Origin: a bacterium
GTDB lineage: Bacteria; Krumholzibacteriota; Krumholzibacteriia; G020349025
Direction: 5' to 3'
DNA length: 64,000 nucleotides
Assembly: GCA_031362565.1 (NCBI GenBank)
Contig: JANLSU010000111.1
Coordinates: 1-64,000 of the forward strand
Shown here piece after piece: positions 56,385-64,000 of the stretch. The notes under the pieces were generated by a model. That model was given only the letters and a program-made list of their open reading frames with translations. It ran no database searches and had not been told where the DNA came from. Position 1 is the first letter of the stretch. Each line of letters opens with the position of its first letter. A program made the translations under genes and the position numbers.

Positions 56385-56911
56385 TTGGATGCCTCCAATT
56401 GCCGCGACCGTGTGCCGGCTACCCGCGCCATCGCGTTTCGCAAGCGGCGTCGGACTTCCGTCTCCGGAAGGCCCGTGTGCGCCGCCATGGCCGACACGGA
56501 ACGTCCTTCCCAGTATGCCAACCCGAGCAGGTCTTGGTCCACCGGCTCCAGTTGTGCCACCGCGCTGAGGACCGCAGTGGCGGATTTGGGGGGCCGGTGC
56601 ATTGCCACGACCCCGTCGCTCGGCACGGCCGCGGCCACCGTGGCGCCACGGACGCTCGGATCGCGCCGCGCCAACGCCCACTGTCGAACCCGGATGAGCA
56701 GCATCCTGCGCCGCTCGGATTCCGGCCCGGGCCACGACCCGACTTCCCGATACACGGCGACGAGGGCGGCCTGCGCCACGTCCGGACGCCCCACGATCCG
56801 TAGGGCCAGTCCATACGCTGTGGCGGCGGTGCGATCGTAGAAACCCACCAAATCGTCCGATCCGCCCATCGGCTGGGACCCGGCCCCGAAGGGTGACTGT
56901 GCTGGGACCAT
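56381..56911 (-). CDS. Degenerate ECF sigma-like protein
   Basis: FYDRTAATAYGLALRIV and LAYWEGRSVSAMAAHTGLPETEVRRRLRNAM resemble SigK-type regions 2 and 4, but core motifs are eroded. Start 56911 or 56869. Confidence 0.7.
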   Translation of the reverse strand: MVPAQSPFGAGSQPMGGSDDLVGFYDRTAATAYGLALRIVGRPDVAQAALVAVYREVGSWPGPESERRRMLLIRVRQWALARRDPSVRGATVAAAVPSDGVVAMHRPPKSATAVLSAVAQLEPVDQDLLGLAYWEGRSVSAMAAHTGLPETEVRRRLRNAMARVAGTRSRQLEASK

Positions 56912-56974
56912 GCTCTTCCCCCGCGGCTCCGGACTCGGCTGGGCGGTGCCCGCTGTTCCACTGTCCGATCCCTC

Positions 56975-57001
56975 TACGCAAGGTGCTACCCGGGCGGATT
57001 G
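56975..57001 (-). promoter_or_regulatory. Putative ECF promoter for the sigma-like/ChrR operon
   Basis: CAATCC-N17-CGTA on the minus strand, similar to the ATCC...CGTA promoters of RpoE-ChrR-type systems. Confidence 0.5.
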
Positions 57002-57096
57002 CCGGGGTGCCCCGGACCGGCTAGGCTCGCCCTTGATGCCCCCCCGTTCCCCCCGCGAACGGGGACCCACCCCGATGCAGCGACTGGGAAGGGTCC

Positions 57097-57705
57097 ATGA
57101 CCGCTGGTTTCGACACGTCCGCCGCGGGCGAAAGCCGGTTGCTTGCCGCGCTCAAGGTGCAGGACCCGGCTGCACTGGATGAACTCTATCGCGCCCATGC
57201 GGCCTTCGTGCACGGCATTGCGGTGCGCGTTCTACGCGACGCGGCCGAGGCCGAGGAAACGACCCAGGACGTCTTCGTGTACGTGTGGCAGAACGCGGCG
57301 CGCTTCGACCGCCAACGCGGCACCCTCGCTTCATGGCTCGTGACGCTGGCGCGGAGCCGGTCCATCGATCGCTTGCGAGCCCGCGCCAGTCAGACGCGGC
57401 GGGTCGAAGGCCTGGGGCGCGAAATGAGTGCGGCGCCAAGCGTCGATGGCAACGATCCGCTCGCCGGCCTGCTGCAGTCCGAAACCGGCCAACGGGTCCG
57501 CGCGGCTTTGCAGCAGTTGCCCGCGGAGCAACGCCAGGCGCTCGAGATCGCCTACTTCGAAGGCTTGTCGCACCGCGAAGTTGCGGCCCGCCTCGGTACC
57601 CCACTCGGCACCATCAAGACGCGAATTCGGCAGGGCATGCTGCGCTTGCGCGCGGCTCTCGACACCGATTCGCAGACCTTTCCCGGCCCGCCGGCCGGCA
57701 CATGA
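57097..57705 (+). CDS. ECF sigma factor (SigK/RpoE-ChrR-like)
   Basis: EAEETTQDVF, WLVTLARSRSIDRLR and AYFEGLSHREVA...PLGTIKTRIR. Confidence 0.95.
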   Translation: MTAGFDTSAAGESRLLAALKVQDPAALDELYRAHAAFVHGIAVRVLRDAAEAEETTQDVFVYVWQNAARFDRQRGTLASWLVTLARSRSIDRLRARASQTRRVEGLGREMSAAPSVDGNDPLAGLLQSETGQRVRAALQQLPAEQRQALEIAYFEGLSHREVAARLGTPLGTIKTRIRQGMLRLRAALDTDSQTFPGPPAGT

Positions 57706-58616
57706 AGCGGCCCGATGCAGTGCCGCCGGGGCGTCCGACCGGTGGCGGCTACGGTCACGCGGTGCAACGGGTCCTGTGGATCACGCTCGGACTGAACCTC
57801 GCCGTCGCCGCGGCGAAATTCATCGTCGGCATGCTGAGCCACAATTTGACCCTGCTCGGCGATTCGGCGCATTCGTTGGTGGACGCCGTGAACAATGTCG
57901 TCGGCCTGGTCGCGGTCGGAGTCGCAGCCAAAGACGCCGATGCCGGTCATCCGTACGGCCACTCCAAATTCGAAACCCTCGCCGCCTTCGTGCTCTCGGG
58001 ATTGCTCTTCCTGACCTGTGCGCAACTGGCGATCGTCAGCGTGAAGCGGATCCTGCACGCGCCGGAACACCCGCCGGAAGCGAGCGTCACGGCCTTCGCG
58101 GTGGCGATGGCAACGCTGCTCGTGAATCTCGGCGTTTCGATCTACGAAGAACGCCGCGGCCGGGCGCTCGGCAGCGATTTCCTCGTTGCCGACGCGGCGC
58201 ACACGCGCAGCGATGTGCTGGTGACGGCCGTCGTCGTCACGAGTCTCGTGTGCGTGCGCCTTGGTTACCCGCGCGTCGACGCGTACTTGTCACTCGTGGT
58301 CGCGGGTTTTATCGGCCGCATTGGTTACCAGGTGTTCCGTGCGACGTTGCCGGTGTTGGTGGATGCCTCGGCGGTGGCCGACGCGACGGTTCAAGAGATC
58401 GTCCGTTCCGTACCGGGGGTGCATTCGCCGCATGCGGTGCGCTCGCGCCGCGCCGGCAACATGGTGTTCGTGGAGATGCATGTGTTGGTGGAACCGAATC
58501 AAGAGACCGAAGCGACCCACGCCCTCACCGAATCCGTCGAAGCCGCGCTGACCCGCGCGTTGGGGCCAACGACCGCCACCATTCACGTCGAAACGTTACG
58601 CGATTGCGGCTGGTAG
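57702..58616 (+). CDS. Cation diffusion facilitator transporter
   Basis: DSAHSLVD, HPYGHSKFE, DAAHTRSD and IHVE; ATGA overlap with the sigma gene. Confidence 0.93.
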   Translation: MKRPDAVPPGRPTGGGYGHAVQRVLWITLGLNLAVAAAKFIVGMLSHNLTLLGDSAHSLVDAVNNVVGLVAVGVAAKDADAGHPYGHSKFETLAAFVLSGLLFLTCAQLAIVSVKRILHAPEHPPEASVTAFAVAMATLLVNLGVSIYEERRGRALGSDFLVADAAHTRSDVLVTAVVVTSLVCVRLGYPRVDAYLSLVVAGFIGRIGYQVFRATLPVLVDASAVADATVQEIVRSVPGVHSPHAVRSRRAGNMVFVEMHVLVEPNQETEATHALTESVEAALTRALGPTTATIHVETLRDCGW

Positions 58617-58617
58617 T

Positions 58618-60342
58618 TCAGTCCTGGCGTTCGATGCCGGCGAGGCGCCAGCCGGCGGCGGCGTGCGGATCGCGGTCCAGGTACACGTGCACCAAGGGGC
58701 TCCAGGCGCCACCATCGCGCCGCGCCGTGGCAATGCGCAACTCGAGCTGATCCGGCGTTTGGGTCGCGCCAACTGGGAAGCGTGCGAAGCGCGGCTCGGT
58801 CGCGACCTGTGACGGTTGCAACGCCTTGCCGCCGGCGAAGAGCGCGCACCGGTAGCGGGTCGCTCGAGCCGCCTCGAATCCATGCTCGACCGCGAGATCC
58901 GTCCATTGCAGCTCGAGGCCGTCGCCGGACCCCGCGAGCGCGAAGCGGTCGAGTGGATTGACGCGTGCCAACCACGTGCGGCCCGTCTTGTCACGCCGCT
59001 CGATGAGGATCTTCACCAGAGCGCGCGCCGCTTCCGGATCGGAATACTGTCCAGTGCCAACGGCGGCGGCGATTTGCTCGTCGGTGAACGACAGAACGAG
59101 CTTGGCGCCCCAGAACCCATCGCGGCCGGTGCAGTTCGCGAACGCCGGGTTGGGGATGTAGAACTCGTAGCCGGCCGGGTCGAAGGTGGCGGATTCGAAG
59201 TACCCGAGCGCCGGCCACGGCGCCGGCCGCAGCTTCTCCCATGGTTCCACGTGCAGTCCCAGCGTCACCAGCCGCGCAAACGAGTCATTCGGGTCGACCG
59301 CATTCTGGTGGCCGATGTACGGCTCGATGGAATGATTCGACCCGCTGCCGAGCGTCGAACTGAAATCGAGCAGGTAATGCCGGATGTAGCGCCGGCCGTG
59401 GTCGTCGATCCAGGTGTCGAGCGAATTGCCGTCCTTGGTGTCGAAATGGTGCAGCCATGCCGCCATGACGCGCAGGCCGCGCAACTCGCGCCGGTGTTCG
59501 TGCGGCACGAGATCGTTCGGATCGTCGCGGCGCGTGCCATCGTACGAGAATGGGCCCAACACCTTGCCGGGCAACGACCGGCTCGCCAGGGCGCGAATGC
59601 GCCCGTCCGCCCGGCGCTCCACTCCGGCCAAGATCGCGTCGAGGTCGGCTTGAACGAGGGGCCGGGTGCGGCCGTGTTTGTCGGTGAATTTGACCTTGGA
59701 GCCGAGGCGAAGGCGTTGCGGATCGAACACCGTCACGTAGTCTTCGGCGACGTGGAATCCCGCTGCCCAGAACAGCTTCGTGCAGACGACGTCCGCCCCA
59801 CTCGACATCTCGGGGCGGCCCGGCGGATCGAACTTGATGAAGTACCGGTCACCGCGCGAATCCTGAATCGCGAAACCGGGCGTGACGCCTTCCGTCTTGG
59901 CGCGGACCACCGTCCAAACCGTCGACGTGTCGGGTCCATCGACGGTGTTTGGACCACGCTCGATTTCGGCGCCGCTGAGTTTGTGGCGGGCGTTGCGATT
60001 CGTGAACCAGGCGGAATCGGCGACTTCATCGAATGCATCGGTATTGAACGCTTGCTTGGGCCGGCCCGCCAAGGCTCGCAGTTGCCGCGACAGGTCCAGC
60101 CGGCGCTCCAACGGCATCATGGCCTGTTTGTCGAAGCTGTCTTCGGCGACGTCGTAGGCACGTGGCTTGGGTTCGGGAATAGACACGCGGTCGTCGGGCC
60201 GCGTTCGCGGGGCAGCCCAGCGGGTGCTACTGGCGCAGCCCACGACGAGTGTCATGCAAGCGGCTGCAACTGCCAGTCCAGGTGCGCCATGCCACGCCGC
60301 ATTCCGCCCGTGGCGGCCCCGGGCTTCAATTGAGCGCGACAT
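58618..60342 (-). CDS. Putative lipoprotein with an atypical (HipA/PI3K-like) kinase fold
   Basis: Lipobox VVGC; EGVTPG, YFIKFD, HFDTKDGN and YLLDFSSTLG. Confidence 0.7.
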   Translation of the reverse strand: MSRSIEARGRHGRNAAWHGAPGLAVAAACMTLVVGCASSTRWAAPRTRPDDRVSIPEPKPRAYDVAEDSFDKQAMMPLERRLDLSRQLRALAGRPKQAFNTDAFDEVADSAWFTNRNARHKLSGAEIERGPNTVDGPDTSTVWTVVRAKTEGVTPGFAIQDSRGDRYFIKFDPPGRPEMSSGADVVCTKLFWAAGFHVAEDYVTVFDPQRLRLGSKVKFTDKHGRTRPLVQADLDAILAGVERRADGRIRALASRSLPGKVLGPFSYDGTRRDDPNDLVPHEHRRELRGLRVMAAWLHHFDTKDGNSLDTWIDDHGRRYIRHYLLDFSSTLGSGSNHSIEPYIGHQNAVDPNDSFARLVTLGLHVEPWEKLRPAPWPALGYFESATFDPAGYEFYIPNPAFANCTGRDGFWGAKLVLSFTDEQIAAAVGTGQYSDPEAARALVKILIERRDKTGRTWLARVNPLDRFALAGSGDGLELQWTDLAVEHGFEAARATRYRCALFAGGKALQPSQVATEPRFARFPVGATQTPDQLELRIATARRDGGAWSPLVHVYLDRDPHAAAGWRLAGIERQD

Positions 60343-61618
60343 AGAAATTCCACCCTTCGCGCGACCATGCGGCGTCGACGCTGGCGCCGCCACCGCGCGT
60401 ATTCCAAAGCCGCAGCCCGACGCCATAGCCGACGTGAAATTGCTGCCCGCTGAAGCCCGCGCCGTCACCCGAGAAGGTATTGCCGACATCGACGAAGAGT
60501 GCGGCGTCGAGCTTGTCGGGCTGCACGGGAAAACGGTATTCGGCCGTGCTGCGCATGGTCTCGTCGTCGCGGAAGCGGCCGCGTTGGTAACCGCGCAGCG
60601 TTTCGCGCCCGCCGAGTTCGAGCAAATCGTAGAACGGCACGGTACGATTCGCGGCCTCCCACTGCGCGCGGCCTGCCGTCCCGAGCGTCAGCGTCCGGCC
60701 GTAACCCAAGTGGATGTAGCGTGTGTACGCCGCCGCCGCTTCCACCCATCCGAAATCGTCGCCGTTCGTTTGCCGTGCGTAGGCGCCGCCGATCATCGCT
60801 TCGTCGCCGCGCGTCGGCCGGCCGCGTTGATCGCGTGTATCCCGGTGCAACCCCGCATCGATGCGCACGATCTGCGCGAGGTCGCGCAATCCCGGCAGCG
60901 ACGCAAACTGTGCCGTCGTCGACGGAGTCGACTTGCGGCGCCCGCCACGAATGTTGTTCGCCGCCCAACCGAAACCGGCGCTGGCGTTCAGGCCGCGTGT
61001 CACATCGAGGGCGACGCCGGCATTGGCACTGGTGCGTTCATTTGCGAAGTTCGTCTTGTCGCTCTCACGGCTGGTGAAACCGGCACCGAAGTACGGCTCG
61101 TCGGGCAGGAATTGGTAACGAACCCCGGCTCCCGCCGTGACGCGTCCGCTGGCCATCCGCACTCGTTCGATCTGGGCCTCGAAGAGTTGGCGCCGCAAGC
61201 GGCCACCCGTGGCGCTCAGGGTGAATTTGCTGCCGCGGGTCAGAAGATTGCGCTGCTGATAGAGCGCACCGGCGCCGCCGCGTGCCGAATAGGTCGGCAG
61301 GAGCGCGCGGCTACCGTCGGCGGCGACCAGGACATCCAGCACGCGGTCGGACACGTGCCCCCGGTTGAGTACGCCGATGACCGCCTTCGTGCCGCCCAGC
61401 ACGACCTCGAAGGGCAGCAGGATCACCGTGCCCGGCAGCGAAACGACGGTTTCCCACGGCGAGTGAGCCCGTAGCCGGTGGCGGGGCGCCGTCGCGGAGT
61501 CGCCGGGCGCCGCGGCCGGAAAATCGGCCCGTGCCGTCGCCGCCGCCGTGGTTCCAAGCGCGCAAACCAGTCCGATTCGCGCCACGCCCCGTTGAAACCA
61601 AAGCCCCGTGAGTCGCAT
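60326..61618 (-). CDS. Omp85/BamA-TamA family beta-barrel without evident POTRA domains
   Basis: Signal peptide; LGGRETLRGY..GRF loop-6 motif, AEYRFP, LFVDVG and GYGVGLR. Confidence 0.85.
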   Translation of the reverse strand: MRLTGLWFQRGVARIGLVCALGTTAAATARADFPAAAPGDSATAPRHRLRAHSPWETVVSLPGTVILLPFEVVLGGTKAVIGVLNRGHVSDRVLDVLVAADGSRALLPTYSARGGAGALYQQRNLLTRGSKFTLSATGGRLRRQLFEAQIERVRMASGRVTAGAGVRYQFLPDEPYFGAGFTSRESDKTNFANERTSANAGVALDVTRGLNASAGFGWAANNIRGGRRKSTPSTTAQFASLPGLRDLAQIVRIDAGLHRDTRDQRGRPTRGDEAMIGGAYARQTNGDDFGWVEAAAAYTRYIHLGYGRTLTLGTAGRAQWEAANRTVPFYDLLELGGRETLRGYQRGRFRDDETMRSTAEYRFPVQPDKLDAALFVDVGNTFSGDGAGFSGQQFHVGYGVGLRLWNTRGGGASVDAAWSREGWNFYVALN

Positions 61619-61856
61619 GCGAACGTCCCGTTCCCAAAGTGTGCCCACGCGGGCGCCCGATCTGTTCCCGAACGTCACAATGGCGAGGTGCCAGGCATTC
61701 AACCACACCCGGTGAGTGCGGATCTAGGGCTCCCAGGCGCCGGATGCCCGGGCGCCCGTTGCCCGCGCCGCGTCGCAGCCACCAACAAAAGAAGGCAACC
61801 TCGCGGCGGTTCGATCCGTCTAGAGTGCAGGCTCACGCCGAAAGGGGTCCGAGATC

Positions 61857-63059
61857 ATGATTCGACGTCTGCACCCATTCCGTGCCTCCGAGATCCTGAG
61901 GCTGGCCGGGGCACTTGCCGCCCTGGCGGTCCAGCCCGCCGTCGCGGCCGAGTTCGAGAAGACCTTTTCTTATGATGCCCGCGAACTGACCGTGACCGAC
62001 CTGATCGGAGCGGTGCACGTCGAGAGCGCCCCCGGCTCCAAGTTCGAAGTCCTCGTCCAGGTTCGAGGCGCGGACGCCGACCCCAAGTACATCAAACTGG
62101 AGAGCACGGAGGGCAACCGCGCCCGGCTCATCGTGCGCTTCCCGGTGGACGAGTATCGCAAATACACTTACCCGGCACTCGGGCACAACAGCCGCAGTTC
62201 GTTCAGCGCCCGTGACGATGACCGGCACCACGGCGGCGACTGGTTGCGCGACCTGATGGATTTTGCGTACGGCGACCGGATCGATGTTTCGGGCCGGTCC
62301 TCGGGGCGGGCGCTCGAACTGTGGGCCGATGTGACGGTCAAGGTGCCGGCATCACAGCACGCCACCATCCAACTGGGGTGCGGCGAGATCACCGCCAATC
62401 AAGTCTCGGCGTCACTCGATCTCAAGTCCAAGTCCGGCGCCGTGCATGCGAACGACATCAAGGGCGATCTCCTGGCCGATACCGGCAGCGGCAGCGTCGA
62501 GGTCCGTGGGGTGCGCGGTGAACTGACCGTCGACACGGGGAGCGGTTCGGTGATCGTCGCCGACGTGCAGGACGCCAAGGCGGTGTCGATCGACACCGGC
62601 AGCGGTGAAGTGCGCGTTTCGGGCATCAAGGCCGGCGACCTCAAAGTGGACACCGGCAGCGGCTCGGTGGATCTTGCCGATATCACCACCGACAATCTCG
62701 ATGTCGATACCGGCAGCGGCGGCGTCGACGGGGCCCGAATCGATACGCAGGACATGAAAGTCGATACCGGCAGCGGTGGATTGGAAGTCGAGCTCGTGCG
62801 CATGGGCCACGGCCATTACCAATTCGAAACCGGCAGCGGCGGGATTCGCCTCGACATGCCGCGCGACCTCTCCGCCGACTTCGACGCCTCGACCGGCAGC
62901 GGATCGATCGATGCCGACATCGATGGCGTGCAGTTGTCGCGCCGTGAACGTCGCGAAGCGCACTTCAAGGTCGGCAGCGGCGACGCGCGGGTGCTGGCTT
63001 CGACGGGGAGCGGCGGGATTCATCTGACGCAGGATGCCGGCAGAGCGTCGCGCCGGTAA
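61857..63059 (+). CDS. Exported DUF4097-like beta-strand-repeat protein
   Basis: Signal peptide; nine TGSG repeats, mostly at ~19-20-aa period. Confidence 0.85.
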   Translation: MIRRLHPFRASEILRLAGALAALAVQPAVAAEFEKTFSYDARELTVTDLIGAVHVESAPGSKFEVLVQVRGADADPKYIKLESTEGNRARLIVRFPVDEYRKYTYPALGHNSRSSFSARDDDRHHGGDWLRDLMDFAYGDRIDVSGRSSGRALELWADVTVKVPASQHATIQLGCGEITANQVSASLDLKSKSGAVHANDIKGDLLADTGSGSVEVRGVRGELTVDTGSGSVIVADVQDAKAVSIDTGSGEVRVSGIKAGDLKVDTGSGSVDLADITTDNLDVDTGSGGVDGARIDTQDMKVDTGSGGLEVELVRMGHGHYQFETGSGGIRLDMPRDLSADFDASTGSGSIDADIDGVQLSRRERREAHFKVGSGDARVLASTGSGGIHLTQDAGRASRR

Positions 63060-63095
63060 GGCCAACACGCCACGATTTGATGCAGTGCCGTGGCT

Positions 63096-63560
63096 TTAGT
63101 CGGTTTCGAATGGAATCGCCGGATGCCACCGCTTGATCATCTTGAGGATGGTGAGCGACTCCATGTGGTTGATGCCGCCCAGCGCGATGATCTTTTCGTT
63201 GATGAAACGTTCGAGCGCCGCCACGTCCTTCACGGCCACGTGGGCGATGAAATCGAACCGTCCGAGCAATTGCGCGCAGATCAGCACTTCGTCCAATGTC
63301 GCCATCGCCCGAATGAACCGCTGCACCTCTTCGGTGCTCTGATTCGCCAGCGTGAACGTCATCAGCACTTCGAGGCCACGATCCACCCGCGCCGGTTCGA
63401 CGAGCGCCGCATAGCCCTTGATGACGCCGCTCTGCTCGAGCCGGCGGACGCGCTCCAAGGTCGCGGATTCGGAGAGTCCGACGGTCTTGGCCAGGCGGGC
63501 GTTGGTGGTTTGCCCGTCTTCCATCAAAATGCGCAGGATATTCCGGTCGATTCGGTCCAT
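63096..63560 (-). CDS. Lrp/AsnC family transcriptional regulator
   Basis: MDRIDRNILRIL...VGLSESATLERVRRLE...GVIKGY. Confidence 0.93.
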   Translation of the reverse strand: MDRIDRNILRILMEDGQTTNARLAKTVGLSESATLERVRRLEQSGVIKGYAALVEPARVDRGLEVLMTFTLANQSTEEVQRFIRAMATLDEVLICAQLLGRFDFIAHVAVKDVAALERFINEKIIALGGINHMESLTILKMIKRWHPAIPFETD

Positions 63561-63565
63561 GCCCT

Positions 63566-63594
63566 ATGATATGCGGGCCGCGGCCCCTGTTCAA
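63566..63594 (-). promoter_or_regulatory. Sigma-70 promoter giving a leaderless transcript of the second Lrp gene
   Basis: TTGAAC-N17-TATCAT, then 5 nt to the ATG; palindrome GGGCCGCGGCCC in the spacer. Confidence 0.65.
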
Positions 63595-63615
63595 CCCTGG
63601 TCTCCGGAGGATCGC

Positions 63616-64000
63616 ATGTCGGTGGAGGCAGCTCTCAAGCAGTACCGGACGTCGCGTGAGGCCCATCTCGAAGACCTGAAGCGCCTTGTCCGCATCCCGA
63701 GCGTCAGCGCCAGCGGGTTCGACCCGGCCCAGGTCAAACGCTCCGCCGAGGCAGTGGCGGCGCTCCTGCGCGAACGCGGCCTCGAAAATGTCGAAATGTT
63801 CAGCGTCGGCGGCTCCCACCCCTATGTCTACGGCGACTGGCTGCACGCCCCGGGCAAGCCGACGGTGCTCTTGTACGCCCACCATGACGTGCAACCGCCC
63901 GGCCGCGCCGAGGTGTGGAAGACCGACCCCTTCGAGCCGACATTCGGAGCCGATGGGCGCCTCTACGGTCGCGGCGCCGCCGACGACAAGGCCGGAGTTG
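63616..64000 (+). CDS. M20/M25/M40 family dipeptidase (runs off the right edge)
   Basis: Hand translation: GGAGG RBS, LVRIPSVS, KPTVLLYAHHDVQP, WKTDPFEP and RLYGRGAADDKAG. Confidence 0.92.
   Translation, partial: MSVEAALKQYRTSREAHLEDLKRLVRIPSVSASGFDPAQVKRSAEAVAALLRERGLENVEMFSVGGSHPYVYGDWLHAPGKPTVLLYAHHDVQPPGRAEVWKTDPFEPTFGADGRLYGRGAADDKAGV

Noticed and set aside
61675..61700. TGGCAC on the minus strand upstream of the Omp85 gene as a sigma-54 promoter
   Set aside because: No GC at the required 10-nt spacing.
63090..63569. + strand 159-aa ORF
   Set aside because: Antisense to a clear Lrp/AsnC gene that has its own promoter.

Overview
High-GC bacterial chromosomal window of about 60 genes. 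No rRNA, tRNA, CRISPR array, prophage or intact transposase was recognised. Secreted proteins with C-terminal FlgD-Ig-type domains, a carboxypeptidase-regulatory-type TonB receptor, a PEP-CTERM protein and bacilliredoxin suggest an FCB-related uncultured lineage such as Ca. Eisenbacteria, Krumholzibacteriota or Latescibacterota (inference only). Main blocks: (1) a split purine-catabolism cluster (xdhAB; puuD-like; an allantoinase-allantoicase fusion; uraD; uraH; a partial DUF6986-like gene) with a SET-domain gene and a shattered TPR/S41 pseudogene in the gap; (2) a phoU-pstSCAB-B operon in which the two PstB ATPases are degenerate in complementary motifs and PhoU is fused to a Cys-less LMW-PTP/ArsC-like domain; (3) three ECF sigma/anti-sigma loci, one with an extra degenerate sigma-like gene coupled to a ChrR-like anti-sigma; (4) an Omp85 barrel without obvious POTRA domains, overlapping a lipoprotein with kinase catalytic motifs; (5) a GT4-heptose-adenylyltransferase fusion, mazEF, an intergenic ~107-bp tandem repeat, and many peptidases and envelope genes. 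Best candidates for an undescribed system are the asymmetric Pst/PhoU-pseudophosphatase module, the Omp85 + exported kinase pair, and the putative sigma-mimic locus. All calls come from reading motifs by eye; no database searches were run.
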